DNA from: Oligoflexus sp.
GTDB taxonomy: Bacteria > Bdellovibrionota_B > Oligoflexia > Oligoflexales > Oligoflexaceae
NCBI GenBank assembly: GCA_041736305.1
Contig: JBGSTX010000068.1
Coordinates: 1 to 15,145 of the forward strand
Reading direction: 5' to 3'
Length of the DNA: 15,145 nucleotides
Shown: positions 7,712 to 15,145 of the stretch, one piece after another
Numbering within the stretch: position 1 is the first letter of the stretch
How the letters are laid out: each line of letters begins with the position of its first letter
Made by a program: the position numbers and the translations under genes
The notes under the pieces: model-generated
The model's input: only the letters and a program-made list of their open reading frames with translations
Told to the model about the DNA's origin: nothing
Databases searched by the model: none

Positions 7712-9835
7712 ATGAGCACAAACTTTCGAGGGAAATGGGTGAAATCCCAGCTGCAGTTGTTAGCTCTTGGCTTATTAGCTTTTTCGTGTGCTGACAGCGA
7801 ATTCTCTGCCGAATCAGCCAGGATTCAGTCGGCCGATGCTACTTCCATTCAAGAAATACCGGGACGGCCTTTAGTCGCCTCAGATGGTTCCTTGCCTGCA
7901 GCGGTCAGCAAGAAGCCAGATAGCCTCTCGATGAATTTTCCAGCCTCGCTTATCAAAGATGAATCTTATAAGTTCACTCTCGATACCAAAGGTGTGTCGA
8001 CAGAGTTTACACTGAGTGATATTAATAAAGATCTACGCGACGAACGCTCGCAGATAACCCGGACATCGCTGACACAGACTGCCAAGCAGGGAACTCCCGG
8101 CGTAGCTAAGCAAGATGTCTTCGATCAAACGGCTAAGAAGGGCCTACTCGACCTATTGGTCGTAATCGACAACTCAGGTTCAATGTCTCAGGAACAGGCC
8201 AATCTTGGTGCTCGACTCGCTAATCTCCTTTCAGCTGTCTCTAACAGTGACTGGCAAATCGCTGTCACTACGACTTCGCCTAACGCCAACGGCAGCTGTG
8301 CTATTAAACTTATTAAATCTAATGAGGCGAATGCTGCGACTAAATTCGCAGAAGCTGTCAATGCTGGAACTTCAGGCGACGGCAACGAGCAAGGCATCCG
8401 TCAGGCCCGTATCGGACTAGAATGCACGACTACCCCTTGGGTTCGAGCCAATTCATCAGTGGCCGTTCTTATCGTCTCGGATGAAGATAACTGCAGCGAT
8501 GGTCAAGGCTGTGCAGGTCAACTTTGGGCCAGTAATAACTACTTGACCGACTATGTGGAAATTACCTTAGGCCGTAAAGTTGGCCAAAATGCAGGCTACT
8601 ACGGAATTTTTTCGCCACCAGAAGCGCCCTGCAACACGGCAGGTTCTAACGCACCTCTTTATAAGGCTTTAGTTCAGCGTGGGGCCGCAGCTGGCTCTCT
8701 GAATTACGGAAACATTTGCGACGCGAGTTATGGGACTACCCTCAATCGCATTTCGGGTAATATCTCGGCGATCCTTAGCAGCCAGTTCTCATTGAGCAAC
8801 TCTCCAGAAAATACCCCAGTTGTTAAAATACAGGCCAAAGACGGCACGGTAAGGACAGCCGTCGCCGGCGTCGACTATACATTGAACGACAAAACGCTGA
8901 CTTTCCTTGCTGGCAAAGCACCAGCTTCCGACTCCAAAGTTCTAGTCGATTATCGAATCGGTGTTAAGCCTCTCTTCAGTTCTGTCGCTCTTGCTAATCC
9001 GCCAGCACCCGAAACCCTTGTGGTCAAGGTCAACGGCGCAACCCTGGGAGCGGGTGATTATACGCTGACGGGCCAAACGCTCACTTTCAACACACAGCCT
9101 GCGGCCTTGGCCGATATCGTCATCGACTATCGTATCAACACTCCACTGATCAATCGTTTCCTTCTAGCCAGGGTACCACTGCCAAATACCCTTTCTGTAA
9201 TGGTTAACGGAGCTGCAAGCAATGCCTTTGCCTACGATGCGGCTAGGAACGAAATTGTCTTCGCCAATGCACCTCTCGATAACGCGAAGATCGACTTCCG
9301 CTTTACCTACAAAGTAGGCCCGCAGCTCAGTTACGCACTCCCCATGATGAACGGTGCGTTTAACCTTAGAATACTCGATGGAGCAAATCTCGTTAATTTC
9401 GTCGAAAAAGATGGGGTATTCACGATCGATGCTCTCCAGCATGCACCGGGCAAGAAACTGCTTTTCAGCTATGACCTTGCCGAGACGGCTCCACGCTCCT
9501 TCACTTTGGGCCACAAACCGATTGAAAACAGCGCAAACGTTCAAGTTGCGAATGGGGCCTGCAACCTCGGTATGGGCATCGAGATCGTCGGCGACAGACT
9601 GACCGCGATTTGCGGAGTGAAAGCGAAGACTGATTTTACGCTGAACTACAAGTTCCGTGAAGCACAGACCTCCTTCGATCTTGGCGAGATCAAACTTCCC
9701 GAACAGGGCAAGTGGATCGTCATGATCGACGGTGAAGCGATCAGCGATTACACGCGCAGCGGCTCGATCATCAAACTCAATTTTGAACCTTTACTTGATT
9801 CGAAGATCACTATTCAATATACATTTCCTGAGTAA
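7712..9835 (+). CDS. vWA (MIDAS)-domain surface lipoprotein with tandem C-terminal beta-rich repeats; CglB-like adhesin candidate
   Basis: Lipobox-like LAFS-C26 (7787-7789). vWA domain with DLLVVIDNSGSM (DxSxS at 8168-8182), WQIAVTTT, GNEQG and LIVSDEDN. Eight further Cys residues. About six repeats of ~55-60 aa after residue ~357. GGAG RBS upstream. Confidence 0.8.
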   Translation: MSTNFRGKWVKSQLQLLALGLLAFSCADSEFSAESARIQSADATSIQEIPGRPLVASDGSLPAAVSKKPDSLSMNFPASLIKDESYKFTLDTKGVSTEFTLSDINKDLRDERSQITRTSLTQTAKQGTPGVAKQDVFDQTAKKGLLDLLVVIDNSGSMSQEQANLGARLANLLSAVSNSDWQIAVTTTSPNANGSCAIKLIKSNEANAATKFAEAVNAGTSGDGNEQGIRQARIGLECTTTPWVRANSSVAVLIVSDEDNCSDGQGCAGQLWASNNYLTDYVEITLGRKVGQNAGYYGIFSPPEAPCNTAGSNAPLYKALVQRGAAAGSLNYGNICDASYGTTLNRISGNISAILSSQFSLSNSPENTPVVKIQAKDGTVRTAVAGVDYTLNDKTLTFLAGKAPASDSKVLVDYRIGVKPLFSSVALANPPAPETLVVKVNGATLGAGDYTLTGQTLTFNTQPAALADIVIDYRINTPLINRFLLARVPLPNTLSVMVNGAASNAFAYDAARNEIVFANAPLDNAKIDFRFTYKVGPQLSYALPMMNGAFNLRILDGANLVNFVEKDGVFTIDALQHAPGKKLLFSYDLAETAPRSFTLGHKPIENSANVQVANGACNLGMGIEIVGDRLTAICGVKAKTDFTLNYKFREAQTSFDLGEIKLPEQGKWIVMIDGEAISDYTRSGSIIKLNFEPLLDSKITIQYTFPE
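8780..9823 (+). repeat. About six degenerate protein-level repeats (~55-60 aa) within the vWA lipoprotein
   Basis: Recurring pattern F/YxL..P..tl.V.vnG..dY....l.F...P....i.i.Y, for example DYTLNDKTLTFLAGKAPASDSKVLVDYR, DYTLTGQTLTFNTQPAALADIVIDYR, AYDAARNEIVFANAPLDNAKIDFRF and DYTRSGSIIKLNFEPLLDSKITIQY. Units 4 and 5 are more diverged. Confidence 0.7.
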
Positions 9836-9842
9836 GTAAGCG

Positions 9843-9867
9843 AGGAGCGCTAAGCTCCTTCTCCTTT
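9843..9867 (+). terminator. Weak intrinsic terminator-like hairpin between the vWA gene and the PPTase gene
   Basis: AGGAGC-GCTAA-GCTCCT stem-loop (9843-9859) followed by the pyrimidine run TCTCCTTT, 7 nt after the stop. Confidence 0.4.
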
Positions 9868-9878
9868 CCAGGCGGCCT

Positions 9879-10610
9879 ATGAGTACGAGTCTTCTTGCTA
9901 CTGATCTTTTTCCCCAGATCGCAAAGCGCCCGCTTCCTAGGGGCGCTTTTCAGGTTACTGTTCCCATCAATCTTGAGAGCCTCGCCATCGCTGACTTCCA
10001 ATCCTATGGAATTGAGCTACCCTTTGGGCTGCAATCCGCCGTTAAAAAACGCCAAATTGAATACCTTGCTGGTCGCTTTTGTGCGCGCATAGCGATGGAA
10101 GAGCTGGGCATCGAATCCCCACCTCTGGTAGGCTTGGCAGAAGATCGCTCTCCGGTTTGGGACAGCGGACTGACTGGCTCGATTACTCATACCCAAGGCT
10201 GGGCTAGTGCCGTTGTCGGTCGAAAGGACCTGGTAATGGGTCTTGGACTCGATCTCGAGCATGAAATGACTGCCGCATCACCGCAGATGATCAAACATAT
10301 ATGTCTCGACGCTGCGGAACTCGATGAGCTATCGACGGAACTGTCCTGTCCAGCCGGTTTAGGTCTCACCCTCATCTTCTCGGCTAAGGAAAGTTTCTTC
10401 AAGGCTACTTACGGACGCGTCCTTCGCTTTTACGGCTTCCATGCAGCGCGGGTCATAGCCAGAGAAGGAGCCCCTGCTGGGATCTTGGAGATTGAGCTGG
10501 TAGCTGATCTCAATGATAGTTTACGAGCGGGAATGATGTGGCCAATCAGCTACCGCCTGCTCGAGGGTGGCATCGTTGAAACCCTCATAATCGAGCCATG
10601 TGCCGATTGA
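9879..10610 (+). CDS. 4'-phosphopantetheinyl transferase, EntD/Sfp superfamily (EntD-like)
   Basis: Motifs KRQIEYLAGRFCA, SPVW..GLTGSITHT, GLGLDLE (GxDxE) and LIFSAKESFFKA (FSxKESxxKA). Confidence 0.92.
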   Translation: MSTSLLATDLFPQIAKRPLPRGAFQVTVPINLESLAIADFQSYGIELPFGLQSAVKKRQIEYLAGRFCARIAMEELGIESPPLVGLAEDRSPVWDSGLTGSITHTQGWASAVVGRKDLVMGLGLDLEHEMTAASPQMIKHICLDAAELDELSTELSCPAGLGLTLIFSAKESFFKATYGRVLRFYGFHAARVIAREGAPAGILEIELVADLNDSLRAGMMWPISYRLLEGGIVETLIIEPCAD

Positions 10611-10624
10611 TAGGATAATTAAGA

Positions 10625-11332
10625 ATGGAAAATCTTGTATTTGAACGCATTGCCGACCTCGATGTTCTTCATCTCGCCCGACCTGAGAGACGAGCTTGTG
10701 TTATTCTGCTTCACGGTTATGGGGCGGATTTCAGCGACCTGACGAGTTTGGCCTCTATTGCAGATCCTGAGCAAGCCTGGGATTGGTATTTTCCTAATGG
10801 TCATCTCGAAATTCCATTTTCACCTCTGCATAGCGGACGGGCTTGGTTTCCCATCGATATGGTGCGACTCCAATATGCACAGGAATCAGGCCAAAAAAGA
10901 CCCTTTGCCGATCACACACCGGCTGGCCTCGTAGCAGCGAGTGAACAAGTTTCGCTCCTCTTCAAGACCTTGCAACAATCCTATCCCAGCGTCTGCCTCG
11001 GTGGATTCAGTCAAGGGGCTATGGTCAGCTGTGATGTGGCTCTCCACAGTGAGCTCAAACCGACTTTGCTTCTACAACTTTCAGCGACTTTCGCTGCAGA
11101 ATCTCGCTGGGAAAATGCGGTGAAAATCCGGCCCGAAGTCTGTCCTGTCCTGCAAGCTCATGGACGACACGACACGGTTTTGTCTTTCAGCGCGGCTGAG
11201 GAATTGAATGCTTTTTGGGAAAAGCACAAATTCCCTCATCGCTTCATGCCTTTCCAGGGCGGGCATGAGATTCCCTACGATGTTCTTCAAGCCCTTCGGC
11301 TGCAGCTCTCAGAACTGCTGCCTCGCAGGTAA
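10625..11332 (+). CDS. Phospholipase/carboxylesterase (abhydrolase_2, acyl-protein thioesterase-like)
   Basis: Motifs LLHGYGA, GRAWF, LGGFSQGAM (GFSQG nucleophile), AHGRHD (Asp) and FQGGHEIP (His). Starts 14 nt after the PPTase stop. Confidence 0.9.
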   Translation: MENLVFERIADLDVLHLARPERRACVILLHGYGADFSDLTSLASIADPEQAWDWYFPNGHLEIPFSPLHSGRAWFPIDMVRLQYAQESGQKRPFADHTPAGLVAASEQVSLLFKTLQQSYPSVCLGGFSQGAMVSCDVALHSELKPTLLLQLSATFAAESRWENAVKIRPEVCPVLQAHGRHDTVLSFSAAEELNAFWEKHKFPHRFMPFQGGHEIPYDVLQALRLQLSELLPRR

Positions 11333-11338
11333 AATCTC

Positions 11339-11365
11339 TCATTATTTGCTCTCGATGGTCGATAA
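11339..11365 (+). promoter_or_regulatory. Second sigma-28-like promoter, upstream of the histidine kinase
   Basis: TCAT (11339-11342)-N15-GTCGATAA (11358-11365). It has the same spacing and the same AAA.TCTCTCA upstream context as the promoter at 7581-7616. Confidence 0.55.
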
Positions 11366-11388
11366 GATGCTAGAACCCTGAGGATCTT

Positions 11389-12894
11389 ATGCGGCCACGC
11401 TTTGCTAAAAACCTCATGCACTCCAGCACCTGGCGACTCTACGGCTTGGCTGCTCTAGTTTTGGCTAGCTCGATTCTCGTTTATATAGGAATCCAACTGT
11501 ATCGCCAGGAGGAGATCCGCCAAGTGCGTTTTGAGAGCCTGCAGAAAACTCTGACGCCACCGCTACTCGAAGCAGCCCGTCAGCGCCAGCGTTCTATGAT
11601 CAAACTCCTCTTTCAAGGTTTAGTCGACGGCCAAGAGCTGAGTGGGCTCCGCTTCATAGATAATCATGAAGGATGGCAAGAGAGCTACTTTCAACCTGGT
11701 CTCCCTTTGCAAGAGAGCGAAGCTGGCTATCGCTTCATCATCTTAGATCAAAGAGCCGACGGCTTTCTCCACACGCTGACGGTGGAAATGTTCCTCCCTT
11801 CACCCCTCGCGCAGATTTTCTCAAGCTCACAGACTTGGCTGCTGCTCCTTCTCTGCAGCAGCACAGCGCTAGTCCTCGTCCAACTCGTGCAAGCCCAGAA
11901 TCAGAAACTATTCGTGCGGCCTTTAAGGGGCTTACATGAACGCATCCTCCAACTCCAGCTCAGCACGCCACTCGGCTCAGATACTACGCTCAAAGCACTG
12001 GAAAAAGTTGAGGGGGAGTTCGAAGAACTGGAGAATAGCTACATTGAGATGCTAGCGCGCCTCCAGGTTTCACAACGCGATGCTACGTTAGCTAGAGAAG
12101 AAGTAGACCGTCTCAAGCACCGCGCAGTCGCTGAAGCCGCCGAAAGGCAGAAGAGCAGCATCGATCATGCGGCGACAGCAACGCCCGAAGCCAAGCTTGC
12201 CGCTCTCGGTGAAATGGCTGGCAGTATCGCCCATGAAATCAATAACCCCCTAGCGATACTGGTCGGTCGCTCCGCGCAGTTACGTAAGTTCCTCAGTCCG
12301 TCTATAGCTGACAAGCCACAGCTCGAGGGCATCATCGGCAGTATGGAAAAAACAATCTATCGTATCCAGGAACTGGTTTTCGACCTCGAAACAATGGCCA
12401 ACAGGCCCTCGCAGGAAGAGCTAAAGCCCCTGCAGCTGAAAAAATTCCTGCAACGTGTAGAAGAAGCTGCGATGGCTCGCTACCCAGCTCAAGGGCTCGA
12501 ATTTATATTTCATGGAGCTCAGGACTATTCGATTGCAGCGCGGGAAGTGGAGTTGACGCAGGCTATTTTCTATCTCATAGAAAACGCAGTAGAAGCGGCC
12601 CAATATGGAACTGAGGCTTGGGTAAAAATCGAGCTAGGTCCCATAAGTCAAGATACCATCACGCTCCTCGTCATCGACAGTGGACCTGGGATTCCTTCTG
12701 ACATTCGCTCGCAGATATTTCAGCCCTTCTTCAGTACCAAAGATGTAGGTCAAGGGCGGGGCACGGGTCTGAGCCTAGCTAAGAGCATTATCGAAGCGGG
12801 GCGAGGCCTAGTAGCTTTTGATTATCATGCTAACTGCACTACCCTGTCCATCGTACTGCCACGCTATAAAGACCACGCAAAAGCGGCAGCTTAA
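11389..12894 (+). CDS. Membrane sensor histidine kinase (2 TM, periplasmic domain, HAMP-like linker, HisKA, HATPase_c)
   Basis: H-box LGEMAGSIAHEINNPL, N-box QAIFYLIENA, G1 DSGPGI, F-box FQPFFSTK and G2 GQGRGTGLSL. Two hydrophobic segments in the N-terminal third. Confidence 0.93.
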   Translation: MRPRFAKNLMHSSTWRLYGLAALVLASSILVYIGIQLYRQEEIRQVRFESLQKTLTPPLLEAARQRQRSMIKLLFQGLVDGQELSGLRFIDNHEGWQESYFQPGLPLQESEAGYRFIILDQRADGFLHTLTVEMFLPSPLAQIFSSSQTWLLLLLCSSTALVLVQLVQAQNQKLFVRPLRGLHERILQLQLSTPLGSDTTLKALEKVEGEFEELENSYIEMLARLQVSQRDATLAREEVDRLKHRAVAEAAERQKSSIDHAATATPEAKLAALGEMAGSIAHEINNPLAILVGRSAQLRKFLSPSIADKPQLEGIIGSMEKTIYRIQELVFDLETMANRPSQEELKPLQLKKFLQRVEEAAMARYPAQGLEFIFHGAQDYSIAAREVELTQAIFYLIENAVEAAQYGTEAWVKIELGPISQDTITLLVIDSGPGIPSDIRSQIFQPFFSTKDVGQGRGTGLSLAKSIIEAGRGLVAFDYHANCTTLSIVLPRYKDHAKAAA

Positions 12895-13079
12895 TTCATG
12901 AAAATCCCACCACACTGACACGCTGAGAAGCGGAACTGCGTCTATTTCACCAGAAAATTAGATGAGACTGAGAAGATTTTAGCAGGATATAGAGCGCGAG
13001 CCCAAAATCCAGTGGGAGTTTGTCTTAGTTTTCGCCATAATCCGCTCCTTTATGTGACAGCTGACGAGGAGTCATCATC

Positions 13080-13295
13080 ATGGCACGAACCCGTGAACTA
13101 GTAGAAAAAGACTTGGCTAAAGCTCAGAAGGAAATTGTAGACTACGCGACAGCCAAAGGTTTCAATCCAAAGTCTGACAAGACTAAAATGCGCCACGACC
13201 CCCAGTGGCGTCGTCTCAATGCCGAAGTCGACAAATATAAGAATCAGGTTTTCTTCATCGACAAGCGCAACGCAAAAGCGCCCGTCGAAGCCTGA
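13080..13295 (+). CDS. Small basic hypothetical protein (71 aa, predicted helical)
   Basis: Strong GAGGAG RBS at 13066-13071 and an ATG start. It fills the gap between the kinase and the convergent Nudix gene and is Lys/Arg-rich and amphipathic. No family recognised. Confidence 0.75.
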   Translation: MARTRELVEKDLAKAQKEIVDYATAKGFNPKSDKTKMRHDPQWRRLNAEVDKYKNQVFFIDKRNAKAPVEA

Positions 13296-13335
13296 AACTT
13301 TTTAAAGCATGGACTAAGCCCGCTCCTCAAAGTCG

Positions 13336-13764
13336 TCAAGGCCGAGGAGAGGAGCTCCACCACGCCTGCTCTTCGAGACCAGCCTCTCTCAGCAAGGGAA
13401 GTAGATCCCGATCGGTCGCGCTTAAATCCAGCTTCCCCAATTCTTCTACCCCCACCCATTTGAGAGCGCAGTGCTCGTGTAAAACGATCGTCCCCGCACC
13501 GAGTGTGGCGAGAAAGGGCAAGAGCAAGATCGTGCGATCAGCAGTTCTGAAAGAGCTGAGCCTCAGTCGACCGTGGAGATTGATGGCGATGCCAAGCTCT
13601 TCGCGAATTTCGCGCACTATGCACACGTCGTCGCTTTCACCTGCTTCGACTTTGCCACCTGGGAATTCCCACTTGAGAGCTTCTGCCTTGTGCGGGGGCC
13701 TTTGAACGACGAGGTAGAGATCGTCCTTTCGAATGAGAGCACAGGTAACACGCACCACTGACAT
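13336..13764 (-). CDS. Nudix hydrolase, MutT/NudG-like (deoxy)nucleoside triphosphate pyrophosphohydrolase
   Basis: WEFPGGKVEAGESDDVCIVREIREELGI is a complete Nudix box (G-x5-E-x7-RE-x2-EE-x-G). ATG at 13764 with GGAG upstream is preferred over the track's 13779. Confidence 0.88.
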   Translation of the reverse strand: MSVVRVTCALIRKDDLYLVVQRPPHKAEALKWEFPGGKVEAGESDDVCIVREIREELGIAINLHGRLRLSSFRTADRTILLLPFLATLGAGTIVLHEHCALKWVGVEELGKLDLSATDRDLLPLLREAGLEEQAWWSSSPRP

Positions 13765-13849
13765 ATTCACTCCAACCAAAGGGTAGGGTATCCTTTGAGT
13801 TTATCTGAAGGTCGCACCGACCAAGGATTTGCCTCCGAAAGGACAGCTC

Positions 13850-15145
13850 ATGGCCAAGAGCCAAAGCCTCACTCAAACCCAGCGTTCCGCTACCCTACCC
13901 CAGCTTGCTGCTCTTGCGCAAAGGACCTGGCTGCCGATTGGGTTTCATCCTGCCCTCACGCCCCTGGCACAGGAGTGGACGCTTGAGAAGAAGCTGAGCT
14001 ATCTCCGATCGCAGAAAGTGGGGCGCTTTCACCTCATACCCGCTCCTGATCTTTGGCGAGGCATACTTCCGGGTAGCACAGCGCAAGCCAACTGGCGAGC
14101 CATGCTCCACCTGGACTATACCGCTTCCGCTCAAGCCCTGCACTGTGTCGAAGCTTACTTGGAAGAGTGCATGGCCACTTATGCCAACACGCATACCGAA
14201 ACCTCGGCAACAGGTAAGCTATCGACCCAGCGTTTTCACGAAGCCCTCAACATCATTCGGCAGCACGTTCATGCGGGGGCTGATAGCTTTGTTATTCCCT
14301 CGGGCTATGGCGCGACCGGAGCTATAGAGAAGATTCAAAAGATACTCGGCGTCTATCTCTCGCCGAAGGGTCAAAAGACTATAGAAGAAAACTTAGGATT
14401 GAACTTAAAAGAAGCCATGGCACAGAAGGCGGTGGTGTTCGTCGGCCCTTATGAGCACCATTCCAATGATGTTTCCTGGCAGGACGATACGCTTTGCACC
14501 TTCGTCCGCATCAAAGCTATCCGTGACGGCGAGCATCGCAACGATATTGACTATGACGACCTCCGCGCTCAGCTGCAGCGTTTTGCCGGCTATCTGAAAA
14601 TCGGCTCTTTTTCGGCCGCTTCTAACGTTACGGGATTGCGCTGCGACCTCAAGAAACTCGGGGATATCCTCCACGAGCACGATGCCATCTATCTGGTAGA
14701 CTTTGCAGCTTCAGGACCCTATGCCGACATCAATATGGAGCGCGATGGAATCGACGCCATCTTTCTCTCCATGCACAAGAATCTCGGCGGAGCTAATATC
14801 GGATTCTTAGTCGGTCGCAAGCACATCTACGATATGGACACCAACCCGAGCTTTGGTGGTGGCGGCACCGTGGCGGCAGTAACACCCTGGGAGTATCATT
14901 TTCACGATTCTATTGAAGAACGGGAATCGGCGGGAACCCCAGCGATTCGTCAAACCTGGCAAGCCGCTCTCTCTATGCAGTTGAAGGATTGGATAGGCGT
15001 CGACCTCATTCAGCAACGCGACGAAGAGCTGACTATCGATATGGTGGCGTTCATCAAAGGACATCCCAAGCTCGAACTGCTCGGCAATGACGATCCCTCG
15101 ATGCGTTATCCGATCTTTTCTTTCCTTGTCAAACATGGGCAGCGC
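13850..15145 (+). CDS. Aminotransferase class V PLP-dependent enzyme (cysteine desulfurase-like), 3'-truncated
   Basis: Manual translation from ATG 13850 is open to the window end: HLDYTAS, YANTHTETS, GATGAI, VFVGPYEHHSN, FSAASNVTG, VDFAA, FLSMHK (PLP lysine), GGGTV, ESAGTP. It is absent from the ORF track because there is no stop in the window. Confidence 0.9.
   Translation, partial: MAKSQSLTQTQRSATLPQLAALAQRTWLPIGFHPALTPLAQEWTLEKKLSYLRSQKVGRFHLIPAPDLWRGILPGSTAQANWRAMLHLDYTASAQALHCVEAYLEECMATYANTHTETSATGKLSTQRFHEALNIIRQHVHAGADSFVIPSGYGATGAIEKIQKILGVYLSPKGQKTIEENLGLNLKEAMAQKAVVFVGPYEHHSNDVSWQDDTLCTFVRIKAIRDGEHRNDIDYDDLRAQLQRFAGYLKIGSFSAASNVTGLRCDLKKLGDILHEHDAIYLVDFAASGPYADINMERDGIDAIFLSMHKNLGGANIGFLVGRKHIYDMDTNPSFGGGGTVAAVTPWEYHFHDSIEERESAGTPAIRQTWQAALSMQLKDWIGVDLIQQRDEELTIDMVAFIKGHPKLELLGNDDPSMRYPIFSFLVKHGQR

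Noticed and set aside
7712..9000. Apparently more AT-rich, T-ending codon usage in the vWA gene as a sign of horizontal transfer
   Set aside because: The shift is modest by eye and not quantified, there are no mobility genes or flanking repeats, and high expression or amino-acid composition explains it equally well.
12895..13079. CTGAGAAG twice (12923, 12968), suggesting a TPP riboswitch or a repeat array
   Set aside because: The other TPP elements (CCTGA..., AGGGA) are absent, and two 8-mers do not make an array.
13795..15136. Short track ORFs 13795..13986, 13895..14194, 14145..14327, 14405..14680 and 14807..15136
   Set aside because: All overlap the long class V aminotransferase frame starting at 13850 and are shadows of it.
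1..15145. CRISPR arrays, tRNA/rRNA, IS elements, prophage or defence systems
   Set aside because: I found no regularly spaced repeats, structural RNA signatures, or transposase, integrase or defence-type domains.

Overview
This is a gene-dense chromosomal window from a diderm bacterium. The gene content (secreted S1 protease, CglB-type vWA lipoprotein, sigma-28-like promoters) suggests a Bdellovibrionota/Oligoflexia-like or myxobacterium-like lineage, but that is inference. Fourteen CDSs are supported, in order: 5'-truncated trypsin-fold serine protease, LtaS-family membrane sulfatase/phosphoglycerol transferase, alpha/beta hydrolase, glyoxalase I, two coupled GT4 glycosyltransferases, small outer-membrane beta-barrel, 707-aa vWA/MIDAS lipoprotein with about six C-terminal beta-rich repeats, EntD-type phosphopantetheinyl transferase, carboxylesterase, orphan sensor histidine kinase, 71-aa basic hypothetical protein, MutT-family Nudix hydrolase, and a 3'-truncated class V PLP enzyme that is missing from the supplied ORF track. 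I see no rRNA, tRNA, CRISPR array or mobile element. The best candidate for an undescribed system is the divergent barrel / vWA-adhesin pair. A near-consensus FliA (sigma-28) promoter sits in front of the adhesin and a second, closely matching one sits in front of the orphan kinase, suggesting a motile-phase surface-adhesion and sensing module. This is a hypothesis; the rest looks like ordinary housekeeping and envelope genes.
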